A stretch of DNA of 64,000 bases. It comes from Octopus vulgaris (taxonomy: Eukaryota). The stretch is from contig OX597823.1 in assembly GCA_951406725.2 (NCBI GenBank), forward strand, positions 81,406,001 through 81,470,000. The letters run 5' to 3'. Shown here in pieces: positions 39,161-51,787 of the stretch (the first letter of the stretch is position 1; each line of letters opens with the position of its first letter). Under the pieces are notes generated by a model. It was not told the DNA's origin, ran no database searches, and saw nothing but the letters and a program-made list of their open reading frames with translations. The position numbers were made by a program, and so were the translations under genes.

Positions 39161-39748
39161 AATAATGATGATAATGGTGATGTGACGATGACGATGATGA
39201 TGATGATGATGCTCTCCCTAAGCCTGCCATCTACAATAATTGTAGGCATGTTTCAAACCTTTAAATTAACATGCAATGCATGTTATGTTTGTTTCATTAA
39301 CATATTTGAAAAAAAAAAAAAATGAATAAATAAATTTCTACTTCACGCTTCAGTGATTCTCATCCTTGAGGAAAGAACGGGGCATTCAGCTGTAAATGAT
39401 CTTTTCTATTAATTCATAGATATGTTTTATGGAAAACTGTTACAGAGATGTTTTAAAAGCTTAAATTTATCTTCTTAAAGAATTCCCATATTTTGTGATA
39501 TCAATCTCATTCTTTCACATATTCTTATTATCTCTTCTTATATTCATAGAAATGCATGTATGCGTAAGTGTGTGCTAAATATATATGTGTGTGTGGAGTG
39601 TGTGTGTGTGTGTGGAGTGTGGAGTGTGTGTGTGTGTGTGTGTGTGTGTTGAGTGTGGAGTGTGTGTGTGCATATATATAGTATATATAGTAATGTGTTA
39701 ATATTTATATACATTTTATTATTATACATACACGCACACACACAACCC

Positions 39749-39808
<60 letters not shown>

Positions 39809-40740
39809 GCGAAGGAATGGCTGTGTGGTAAGTAGCTTGCAAATAATCTAAATTCAACCTTTTTACACTTATGCATATATATATATATGTGTGTGTGTGT
39901 TTGTGTATTTGTGTGTGTGTGTGTGTGTGTCTGTGTGTGTGCGTGTGTTTCAATGTTCCCTGTCTTGACATCTTGGGATGGTTGTAAGGACCATAATTTT
40001 TTTTACAAGCAATGCTCCCTGTTTCCAATCTTCCACGAAAATATGCCCAGACATGAGGAAATGTTACTTTTGTTGGAAACAAGTGAGGGTTAGTGACAGC
40101 GAAGGAACCCAGCCATACAAAAATTCTACCTCAACAAATTCTGTCTGCACCATGCATGCACAGAAAATGGATGCTAAACGATGATTAATATAGTCCATAT
40201 AATTCATATATTGTTCTGTGTTGGTGCAAGTGTTTGAGCTATCAATATTATGGTGATGTTACTGTTTCAGTACCTATGTCCTTTTGTATGTTGGGACTGA
40301 GTGAGTGTTACAATAATGGTGATCTCTTGTAGCATGAAGAAGTTGGTTCTGCAATTTCTTGCTCAATGACCAACACAAATGATTTGTTTATAGTGATCAA
40401 ATATATATGTTGTACTTTAGGTCTCTCCTTCCTTTAAATCAATATGGTCTTTACTGGTGTCAGAGTGATTCCAGAGCAATGTGAGATGTTTTTTGCTCAA
40501 AAACACAAGGCAGCACCTGGTCTAGGAATTGAAACCACAATCTTGTGATTGTAAGTGCTACATCCCAACCACTAGACCATGCATCTTCATGAGTGTTACA
40601 TTAGAGAAAAGAGAAACCCATTTTTGGAAATTATGTCGTAGTTCTAAGAAAGTGCTGTGGATAGGAAAATTTATACATTATTTACATTATTTACATTATT
40701 TACATTTGACGGATATTTGTCCTCATCTTGTTTGTTGCTA

Positions 40741-40785
40741 GCACAATGTTTCGGCTGATATACCCTCCAGCTTTCATCAGGTGTC
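40741..40785 (-). ncRNA. Minimal type I hammerhead motif
   Basis: GACAC CUGAUGA AA GCUG GAGGGUAUAU CAGC C GAAA CAUU GUGC. Confidence 0.6.
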
Positions 40786-40884
40786 TTGGGGAAATTTGAA
40801 CCTGGGTTCTCATTCCTAAGGTATTTTTCAATGTTATTCTTCTTCTTATTATTATTATTATCATTATTACTATTACTATTATTA

Positions 40885-40938
<54 letters not shown>

Positions 40939-41130
40939 TCACTGCCTGGAATTGAACTCAGAATTTTGGGGTTAGTATGCTCTTAACCACTATGCCATAT
41001 GCCCAAGGTTCCGAGTTTGATTCCAGTCAGTGACCTGAATAATAATAATAATAATAATGATAATAATAATAATAACAACAACATCGAAAAATACCTTAGG
41101 AATGAGAACCCAGGTTCAAAATTTCCCCAA

Positions 41131-41173
41131 GACACCTGATGAAAGCTGGAGGATATATCAGCCGAAACGTGTT
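41131..41173 (+). ncRNA. Minimal type I hammerhead motif (stem III partly deleted)
   Basis: GACAC CUGAUGA AA GCUG GAGGAUAUAU CAGC C GAAAC GUGUU. Confidence 0.5.
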
Positions 41174-42127
41174 AACAACTAACAAGATGAGGACAAATAT
41201 CTGTCAAATGTAAACAATGTAAATAATGTACATAATTCCACATCTCTTAAATATAGAACAGGATAATTTATGACTCAAAATTTTTTTTAAATAATTTAGT
41301 AAAATTAAGACTGACAGTGTCCATGGCCTTTGCAAGCCTTCCCAGATTGATGAAATAGAAATGGATGATGCTTGACCTAAATGTTTGCAGGGGAATGTTA
41401 CAGGTAAACTGTTGGATGGAAGGAACTGAATGATCCCAAGAGAGTCAATAGAATGATTCTCATTTTAGGGCTCTCAGTAACCAGGTACTGAGACAAATAT
41501 CCACTACTATTAGACATAATAGCAGTACTGTAAAATCTCTATAAATAATAATAGCTGATATAATTCTTGGTTGATTGGTTGGTTTCTCCAGTCATGTTTT
41601 CACTGTATAGAAAGGAAGAGGGAAAAAGAAAGAGAGAGAGAGAGAGAGAGAGTTGATGGAAAAAGTGCAGGATGTATGCCCATAGTAGGCTTGGTGGTGG
41701 GCAATGAGTAAAGACTGGTCACCGTCACACATATATTCTATTAGAGAGAAAGAATCATAGAGGCAGGAGGAGGAGGAGTTATTGACAGTAATAAATATTT
41801 TTTCGTTTTGAAAATTAGTATTTGTTTCATCATTTTGAATAAAGCACCCAAGCATTTGGTAAAAGTCAAATTATAATCAGTGTATGTATGTCATATTTCC
41901 TGATATTACCCATGGTGGTAAAAAGCACACTTTCAAAGTCAGCTGTCATATAACAGACAACAGACAACAACCCAGTGTATACATATTTTACTGACACATA
42001 GTGCAGAACTTCAACTCTTCCAATAGAAATTTTTTTTCCTGCTTTTATAGAAGTTTAATTCTTCCAGCAGAACCTGTTTGGAAATAGAAAAATCGTTAAA
42101 CTTTACCCGCTTCTTTGTACTCTGTCA

Positions 42128-42167
<40 letters not shown>

Positions 42168-42204
42168 AATAATAATAATAATGATAATGATGATAATAAT
42201 AATG

Positions 42205-42237
<33 letters not shown>

Positions 42238-43208
42238 GTAAAAATAAAGATAAAATAAACAACAAAGAACTGCATTTTTATAAATGTCTTTATTTGATAA
42301 ACGAATGTAAAAAGAAAATGTGGTTTTCAGTGTTGAATTGGAATCTGAGTTAAATGAATCAAAAATGAAATCAAAAGTTAGTTTGTAACCATGCATCATC
42401 ACATTCAACTGGATGTAGATTGTGAGAAAAGTTGGAGTGACATTTAGTTTGAGAGGTGATATGGAAGGAAACCAGCTTAAATAATGCTAATGAAAAAATG
42501 TAGTTATGTAGCTCTTTATGTTATTAGTGCTCTTCATGTCTCCAGTTAAATTTTTCTCAATGTATTAAGTTCTCTTTAATACGTTACTGAATAAAAATCT
42601 GATTCATTTAATTATATCTGAGTTATATGACCACCGTGCATCCTTATCAGCCAACATTAGCATTATTTTATTGTGTGTATTTTTAAATGTTTAATGAGCC
42701 TAAAAGGAATTAGAGGGCTCTTTGGGAAATTTTGCCTAGTTCTCAATGGATAGTATTTTAAACTAAGAAAAATACAATGGAAAACCCATATTTTGCGATA
42801 TCAAGATAAAAGTTTGTTAACGATTGAATACATTAATTTACTGTTATTCTACCGATTGTTTATTTGGAATTATAAATTGGTCAAAGCAAGGGTCCATCAT
42901 ATCAGCTTCAGCAATCAAGCGGTGCTAATTGGATCAATAAATTTGGTTAGTCAAAAGGCTTTTAGGGCTAAACTTTTTTTTTTAGTAGTTTAATAGAGAA
43001 AATATATCATAATTATGTCATATTAGAAAACACACAAACACACAAAGAGAAATATTAATAATGAGGCCCATTTAATTATAGATGATTTAGCTTTGAACAG
43101 GTGGTTAATTGATTAAAAAATAATATCTGAGAGAGTATCTATCAACTTTCAAAATCATACATGACAGTATTAATTTCTTTTAGTATTAATCTCTCTCTCT
43201 CTCTCTCA

Positions 43209-43253
<45 letters not shown>

Positions 43254-44520
43254 TTTTTACTTCTGTTACCTTTACTTTCTCTTACACTATTTCTCTTTCC
43301 TCTATAAGCCACTACTTTCCCACTCTAATACTGAGTACCTCTGATTCTTTTTACCAACTATCTGTCTTTAGCTCTCATACATTCACATATATATTCACAA
43401 CCAATTTAATAATATATGTCTGTGTTTTGTTTTCATGTTCTTTATATATTTCAACTTGAAGTTAATTTGATTTCAATAACTTCTGCATGTTTAATTGAAA
43501 AATTCTTCTATTTAAGAAATATAAATAATTTTCTGTATAATATTTTTTATCTTCATATTTTACTTCTAACACTTTCTCTCTCATTTTTGTTTGATTAAAT
43601 ATCTATTTTATAATTTTTGGTATAGATTCAAAACATTTTACGTATCTATCTCACAGCATTAGAAGCAGTATATCTTTATATGCTTCTTTATGGCTTATTA
43701 AATATTTTCCTTTGGATAAATCAAAATCTCAGTGTTCTTCATAATGTTTCAGTCCTATTGAATGCTATATATCATCTAATTTATCATTTATTTGTTTCAG
43801 TTTGAGTTTTAATGTATGGTTAATGCCTCACTGAGTTGGTTAGTTGTTAGATAACCGTCTGCAAAGGGCAGCTGTGATGTTAACTTAAACTATGCTCCAG
43901 TAATTTTATCTTCACTGGAAAATGAACATTAAAGGAGGGGTAAAAATGAAACTAAAATAGACCAATGAATTATCTCTTGTGAAAGATTAGAAATGATTGG
44001 AGTTTAGTATATTATATTTTCAATTCTTATTGAAGTGTGGTCCTGCTCTGTTTGAATTGTATATCAAAAGAATGTGCAATTTCATTATCATTATTAGTTT
44101 CTCTAGAGCAGGCTGGAAGCCAATTGTTTTAAAAGAGATGTGTAGACAATTGAATTGATTCCACTGTATAACAGCTACTTAATTTTTTTGACTATGGAGG
44201 GATGAAAAATAAAGTTGCTTCTTGTTGTATCTGAACTCACAACCATGAGGTATGAAACTTAATATACAAGGCAGTTTACCAGTTTCCTTCTTGTAATTTC
44301 ATAATGATCATGGACAGTTTGGATGTATAAACCATGTTCTGTGTTCATGAAAATAAGTGAGGTATGGAAGAACTATTATTTCTTTGGCAATAAATAATTA
44401 AGGGTAATATCAATTAAGGGAATTGCCATATTTGTTACATAATTTATACAAATGATAGCCACAGGCATGGCTGTGTAGTTAAGAAGACTGATTCCCAGCC
44501 AGAAGGCTTTGGGGTCACAC

Positions 44521-44617
<97 letters not shown>

Positions 44618-44777
44618 GGTGCAGGAGTAGTTGTATGGTGAGAAGCTTACTTCCCAACAACATGGTTCTGGGTTCAGTCCCACTGCGTGAAACCCTACTA
44701 TAGCCTTGGGCTGACCAAAGTTTTGTGAGTGGATTTGGTAGACGGTAACTGAAAGAAGCCTGCCGTATATATATGTG

Positions 44778-44812
<35 letters not shown>

Positions 44813-44945
44813 TAGTGTACATTTTTATATGCTAAAGAGATGACCCTGACAGGACACCTTACATGCTGAAAATAGCAGTTAAAGCCCAAATCACCAATAA
44901 GAGTAATTTCAAAGAGAATGAAAAATAAAAACATTTCAATAGTTA

Positions 44946-45016
44946 CCACTGATACTTGAGTTTCGACATCAATGAACAAATAAAATAATTTGCCATCCGT
45001 GTCTCTTCAGTAAGGG
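44946..45016 (-). ncRNA. Type I hammerhead motif adjacent to the PLE ORF relic
   Basis: CCCUUA CUGAAGA GACA..UGUC GAAA CUCAAG UA UCAGUGG: perfect 4-bp stem II; stem I degenerate. Confidence 0.6.
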
Positions 45017-45029
45017 CACTGAAATTAAT

Positions 45030-45870
45030 GTATATTTGTGGAACACTGAAGACACCTAAGTATCATCTATATACATTATAATCTTTCAAATCCACCGTGC
45101 ACTAATTTATATGAAAAATATGTTGTCTATTGACTTTATTATGCATGCTGGCCACTGGTAGAATTTTTCTCTAAATTTTCTACCTCTATGGGAGGCAATT
45201 TAAATCTAATCTTCCTTTACAGTTTCAGGAAGCTATTATTAGGAGTTATCCAAAGAATTCTAGGTATTACTCTATTATCAACTTGCACATGGTTAGGATT
45301 GTTTTTTTTTCAACACAAAAAAATCTCTTGCAAATTATCTCCTCACATAATATTAGTCTGTTAGATGAGAATCTATTTATTAATACTGACATTAATTTAG
45401 CTAATACCATCCATCCCCCTAGAAATATTAATGACATGGTTATTGTCTCTGAAGCCAATTCCAACAGGATTAAGTTTATTTGAAGTAATTCTAAGATTAA
45501 AAGCTCTATATACCAGTGTAAAATTACTTCAGGTACTGATGTCTTTTTTTATAGAGGTAGTTCTTCTTCTCAGTTATCTAAAAGAAATTCTAATCATTAC
45601 TCTACATTTAGGGATAGGAATAAGTGTAACAGTACAGGGCTTAGTAAATTAATTTGGTATCTAAAAGACCATAATAAACAATTTAATTTAGATTGGTTGA
45701 TTCTCTCCATTTTGTTCTCTTATGATAAAGGCAAGGAATTCTGTCTTCTCTGTAATTGTGAACTATTTTTTATTCTTTTTTCTAAAAATCCCCTTGTAAA
45801 CACAGTTATAGAGCATGCTTACTGATGTAAACATTGGCAGAAACTCACCTTTAGTTCATATAAGTGATAT
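45030..45870 (+). mobile_element. Penelope-like element remnant (RT thumb/linker plus GIY-YIG endonuclease)
   Basis: FQEAIIRSYPKNSRYYSIINLHMVRIVF..KNLLQIISSHN linker. Frame 45493-45825 reads SSIYQCKITSGTDVFFYRGSSSSQLSKRNSNHYSTFRDRNKCNSTGLSKLIWYLKD..LDWLIL..CLLCNCELFFILFSKNPLVN, matching PLE GIY-YIG motifs. Confidence 0.85.
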
Positions 45871-46298
45871 CTACCATTTTATATAATTTAAACATTAATT
45901 TTCTTCTTACATTTCACTTCTACTTGATATATCTTTTTCCAAGACTTTAGGGTTTTATTTAATTTACATATAGTTCTATATTTCTCATTTATTTGGTTTC
46001 TGATTTTTTTCTTTCCGTTACCCCTCCTCTTTCTATAGGCTACCTTTGACGTTATATCCGCTAACATTTTTTTTTTAAAAAACACTTACAAGCATTCAGT
46101 TCATCATGATACATATCCATTATATTCTGTAAAAATGTCTTATTGACGAGGTTATTTTTTCATTTCCCCGAAGAAAAGATTACATTGTTTTACACCATTT
46201 TATTCCTTTGGAACAATACCAATGATATCTTCAAAACATGTGTCGGAAGTAAAAGAATTTGAATATCACCTGTGTTTAACTCTATTTATATACATATA

Positions 46299-46402
<104 letters not shown>

Positions 46403-47269
46403 TATATATGTGTGTGTGTATATATATGTATATATGTGTGTGTGTATATATATATGTGTGTGTGTGTATATATATATGTATATGTATATATATATATAGA
46501 CATATAAATGTATAAATGTATATTTATATATATATATGCATGTGTGTGTATATGTTTGTGTGTCTGTGTTTGTCCTCCCACCATTGCTTGACAACCAATG
46601 TTGGTGTGTTTATGTCTCGATAACTTAGCGGTTTGGCAAAAGAGACTGATAGAATAAGTACTAGGCTTACAAAGAATAAGTCCTTGGGTCAATTTGTTCG
46701 ACTAAAGGTGGTGCTCCACTATGACCACACTCAAATGACTGAAACAAGTAAAAGAATAAAAGAATACATACATGTGTGTGTGTGTGTGTGTGCATGTGTC
46801 TCCTTGTATTGACATTGTGTGATAATTGTAAATGGGTGTCATTGTCATACAAGCAGTGTCATCCATTTCCACTATTCTGTGGAAGCTTATCTGGCCGTGG
46901 GGAAATATTACTCTGTTTGGAATCATGTGACAGTTTGACAACAGGAAGGGTATCGAACTGTAGAAAATCTATCCCAGTAAACTTCGTCTTTCCCATGCAT
47001 ACATGGAGAAGTGGACTTTGAAATTATGATGCTGCTGCTTCTGATGATGATGATGATGATGCTGATGATGACATAGGAGGTTTACTGTGTGTGAAATTTG
47101 ATAAATGCAGTGAGTTTAGGTGGAAGCCTAATGTAATTCTGTACAAATTTCTCTTTTAACCTTGTCAACTCTGGATGGTTGATGAGTTGAAGTTGTTGCA
47201 ATAAATGACAAACTTGTAAAGTTTCTGCCTTTTGTGGGCATACAAAGACTGCAAAACAAAATCCAAGTG

Positions 47270-47680
47270 GGATCACTGCCAGAGCAGCTGTCTGGCTTCC
47301 GTGCCGGTGACACGTAAATAGCACCATTTGAGCGGGATCGTTACCAGCATCGCCTTACTGGCACTTGTGCTGGTGGAATGTGAACAAAACATTCGAGCGA
47401 GGTTGTTGCCTGTGCTGCTGGACTGACTCCTGTGCAGGTGGCACGTAAAAAACACCATTTGAGCTTGGCCGTTGCCAGTACTGCCAGACTGGCCCTCATG
47501 CCAGTGTTACATAAAAGCACCCACTACACTCTTGGAGTGGTTGGCATTAGGAAGGGCATCCAGCTGTAGAAACCTTGCCAGATCAGATTGGAGCCTGGTG
47601 CAGCCATCTGGTTCACCAGTCCTCAGTCAAATCGTCCAACCCATGCTAGTATGGAAAGCGGATGTTAAATGATGATGATA
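47270..47680 (+). mobile_element. Family D element with about 65-bp internal subrepeats
   Basis: Repeated gtgccggtggcacgtaaaa.gcacc units and an RTE-type tail. Confidence 0.85.
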
Positions 47681-47708
47681 ATTTTTTAGAATGAATCAAC
47701 ATCTATAA

Positions 47709-48890
47709 CAGTGGTTCCAAACCATTTTTTGTCTATGGACCTCTTAGATTCCTATTTTCATCAGTTGGGCCCTCAGACATTCAATGTTCAACCCTTTAAT
47801 GTTTAAACCATATCTGGCCCAAATATTATACCTGTTTTACATTCAAACTGGCCATATTCAGCCTCTCACACCTTCTCTATGATGTCATACTAAAATTAAA
47901 CAAGCACAGGTGCAGGCGCAGGCGTGGCTGTTGGTAAGAAGCTTGTTTTCCAATTACATGGTTCTAGGTTCAGTCTCATTGCGTGACACTTTGGTTGAGT
48001 GTTTTCTACTATAGCTGCAGGCCAACCAAAGCCTTGTGAGTGGATTTGGTAGACAGAAACTGAAAGAAGCCTGTTGGTGTGCTTATGTCCCCGTAACTTA
48101 CCAGTTTGGCAAAAGGCACCAATACTAAGCTTTAAAAATAAAAAGTGTCCTGGTGGGGTATCGACTTGTTTCACTAAAAGTCCTTCAAGGCAGTACTCCA
48201 GTATGGCCACAGTCAAATGACTAAAACAAGTGAAAGAATAAAAGAATTCACTATTGAAGTCTCAGTGCGAAAAGATCATGAACAAATAATTCAAAACAAT
48301 GTGAACAAATTAATATAACAGCCGACAGATTTATCTGAAATTCTAAAGGGTTAAAACATATACTCTTTTACTTGTTTCACTCATGTGACTGTGGCCATGA
48401 TGGAGCACTGCCTTTAGTTAAGCAAATCGGCCCCAGTACTTATTCTTTGTAAGCCTAGTACTTATTCTATCGTTCTCTTTTGCTGAACCGCTAAGTTACG
48501 GGGATGTAAATACACCAGCATCGGTTGTCAAGCGATGTTGGGGGGGACAAACACACACACACAAACATATACACACACATACATATATATCTACATATAT
48601 GCGACGGGCTTCTTTCAGTTTCTGTCTTCCAAATCCACTCATAAGGCTTTGGTCGGCCCGAGGCTATAGTAGAAGACACTTGCCCAAGGTGCTACAAAGT
48701 GGGACTGAACCCGGAACCATGTGGTTCGTAAGCAAGCTACTTGCCACATAGCCACTCCTATGCCTATGTTCATAATGAAATATTATTAGGAATTGTATTA
48801 AAAAAAATTGTTAAAATATTTTGTGTATAACCAATTTAATGCTCATAAATTTTAACAAAATCTTATATGGACCCTAGTTGAGAACGCCTG
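47709..48890. mobile_element. hAT/Charlie-like MITE hosting a piggyBac-like MITE and two family A SINEs
   Basis: TIR cagtggttccaaacc / agttgagaacgcctg; 8-bp flanks atctataa / gtctatag; nested MITE 47788-48354; SINEs 47908-48246 (+) and 48362-48766 (-). Confidence 0.7.
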
Positions 48891-49046
48891 GTCTATAGGA
48901 TCACTCAACCTGCTAGAAGTAGCATCAAATCTCCTTCAAGTAACTTTATACTTTCCTTAAAAACGGGACACATAGGTTAGTGTAGATCTGGGTTCTTTGG
49001 TGAAAAGATGGGATGGTTATGGGATTTCTCTATAATTTGGTAGGTA

Positions 49047-49262
49047 TATTGGTTTCAAATTTTGGCACAAGGCCAGCAATTTTAGGGGTTGGGTAAGTCA
49101 ATTACATTGACCCCAGTGTTCAGCTGATATTTAGTTTATTGACCCCAAAAGGATGAAAAGCAAAGTCTACTCTGATGGAATTTGAACTCAGAATGTAAAG
49201 ACATGAAATGCCATTAAGCATTTCACCTGGTGTGCTAATAATTCTGTGAGCTTACCGCCTAA
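49047..49262 (-). mobile_element. Family B SINE
   Basis: Reverse copy of the family B core. Confidence 0.8.
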
Positions 49263-49912
49263 TTTGGAAGGTATATTAAATGCCATTAATGGTAGTGTTT
49301 TACTGCCATTTTCTTTCATTCATTCATTTCACATACGCGGGAAGCATTGTCAATAAGGGAGTGGACAATAAGAGATCAGGACATTAAAAAAAAGCATCGG
49401 AAAAGTTACAGCTGCCTCCTGGATGTTCAGGACCATCAGGGGATCATGGACCTTGTCAATACATACAAAACTCAAAATCTTAAACATGAACATGAAAATA
49501 GTTTTGTTGTACTGGCATGGAACATGGTGAGTCACAAAGTTCTTCATTGACAAACTGCAAACATTTGCAAATAGTTATTCTTGGAACATCGTTTAGGTGA
49601 GATTATAAGACAGACTCAAAAATAAGGCCTTTATGGAAATAGATGAACAAGTAACCTATTAAGGCCCAGATCAGGAGGAGGAAGTGGGGTTGACTGGGAC
49701 CCCCTCCCACCAGCAGGATCACCATCTCCAGTAGGACAAAGCAAGGCCTTCATGGACACCTCAAATTCCACCAAGGTTGACTTTGCCTTTCATCCTTCTA
49801 GGGTTGATAAATTAAGTGCCAGTTGTGTACTGGCGTTGATCTAATCGACTGGCCCCCTCTCCCAAAATTTCGGACCTTGTGCTTTGAGTAGAAAAGAATA
49901 TAGAGAAGGAAA

Positions 49913-50250
49913 CACAGAAAATGAAACACTGGCAGGCAGTTACACCTGAGGACAACTGCTGTTCATTGCTAAAGATTGAGACAAATGGAAATGTCTATTT
50001 GGTGCTCTGTGTTCCATATGGAGTCAAAGGAATTAAGAAGAACAATGGTATTGGTGAACAATATTTACCCAAAACAATGTGGAGAAGGTCCACAGAAACT
50101 GAAGCACTGGCATGTAGCTACCTCTGAGGACAACTGCAGTTCATTACTGAAGAACTCAGACAAATGGAGATCTCCTGTTGGTGCCCTATGTTCCATGTGG
50201 AGTCAAAGGAATGAAGTAGAAGAACAATGGTAGTGGTGAACAATATTTAC
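49913..50250 (+). repeat. Two diverged tandem RTE-type LINE 3' ends (178-bp period)
   Basis: Copies start at 49913 and 50091; translation DKWRSPVGALCSMWS resembles the RTE terminus WR..V.ALCS. Confidence 0.7.
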
Positions 50251-50719
50251 TAAAAATGAGGAAAGATCTGTGAAGAATAAGAGAATTTAAAGTTTGAATT
50301 TAACTTCACATGATAACTGTAGACAGCATCATATAAATTTTTATTTCAATCTTATCTATAAGCCAGATGCTACATCTTCCAATGACCTCCTATCTTAAAT
50401 CATAACCTCACAGTCAATTTATTCATCTTCAAAGGAGCCAAGTCTTGTTGACTGTTTGTCAGATTAAATAATTCCCAGATGGCTATTCAGTATCTTTCCA
50501 CTGTCCCCCAACCTCCAATAAAATCTCTCTGCCATTGGATGTTAATAATCTAAAACTATCTCATGGTCTGCTGTATATGAGAGGAAGTATATATTCCTAA
50601 CATTATGTGAACAAATGTTTTCTCTCTTCTGAAAGCTGTACCCTACAACATTTTTAATACCCTTAAGGATACAAATATCACGGGTGAACTTTGTTTTATT
50701 TATACAACATGAAACTCAA

Positions 50720-51345
50720 ATACACATGTATATGTATCTGTGTGTGTGTGTGTGTATGTGTCTGTATGTGTGTGTTTACATATGTATGTGTGTATGTTCA
50801 TGTATATATGCACATACATACACACATGTGTATACATGTATACATATGTGTATATGGATACATACAAACACACACACATATATATACATATGCATATATG
50901 GATGTACATATATATCTATGTGTGTGTGTGTATATATATATCTATATGTGTGTGTGTATCTATATGTGTGTGTGCGTATATATATGTCTATATACACTTA
51001 CACACATGTATATACATGTATTCATATGTGTATATAGATATGTACAAACACACACGTATATATATATGCATATATGGATGTACATATGTATCTGTATGTG
51101 TGTGTGTATAACTATATATATATATAAATATATATATGCAGATGTTTGTATACATACATGCATATGTATATTTGTATGCATATGTATGTGATATGTGTGT
51201 GTGTCTATATATGTATCTATATATGCATCTATGTCTATATATGTATCTATATATATATCTACGTGTATATATATATAAACATGTATGTGTACACACATAC
51301 ACCCACACCCACACACACACATACACCCACACACACACACATGGC
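50720..51345. repeat. Cryptic TA/TG/CA low-complexity tract with higher-order duplication
   Basis: Visible directly. Confidence 0.9.
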
Positions 51346-51687
51346 AGGTGCAATGGTTTAAGTATAAATGCAGACATGTTAAGCAAATAGTTTAGCAGTG
51401 AATTAGTGCTCAGACAGGTGAGGTTCTTAAATTCCATCTTCTTAATCAAGGTAAAGTAGTCCAGCAGAACAAGAGTTCTTTAGCTTTCATCTTTTACTTG
51501 TTTCAATCATTTGACTGCATGGCACCTTGGGCAAGTGTCTTCTACTATAACCTTGGGCCAACCAAGGCCTTGTGAGTGAATTTGGTAGACAGAAACTGGA
51601 AGAAGCCCGTTGTGTATGTATGTATGTATGTATGTATGTATGTATGTATGTATGTATGTATGTATGTATGTATGTATGTATGTATGT

Positions 51688-51787
<100 letters not shown>

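Larger units (their letters stand above)
40675..41259. mobile_element. TSD-flanked fold-back element: tRNA-type head + (AAT)n + hammerhead-bearing PLE-like tail
   Basis: Minus copy 41004 to 40675 with A box TGGCATAGTGG (40987-40997) and B box GTTCAATTCC (40948-40957); inverted partial copy 41006-41259; TSD aggaaaatttat (40663-40674) / aggataatttat (41260-41271). Confidence 0.8.

Noticed and set aside
42590-43870. Possible additional decayed retroelement coding sequence
   Set aside because: I could not read diagnostic motifs by eye; it needs BLASTx.
47280-47530. CRISPR-like repeat/spacer pattern (gtgccggtggcacgtaaaa)
   Set aside because: These are diverged internal subrepeats of family D with mutually similar spacers; the context is eukaryotic and there are no cas genes.
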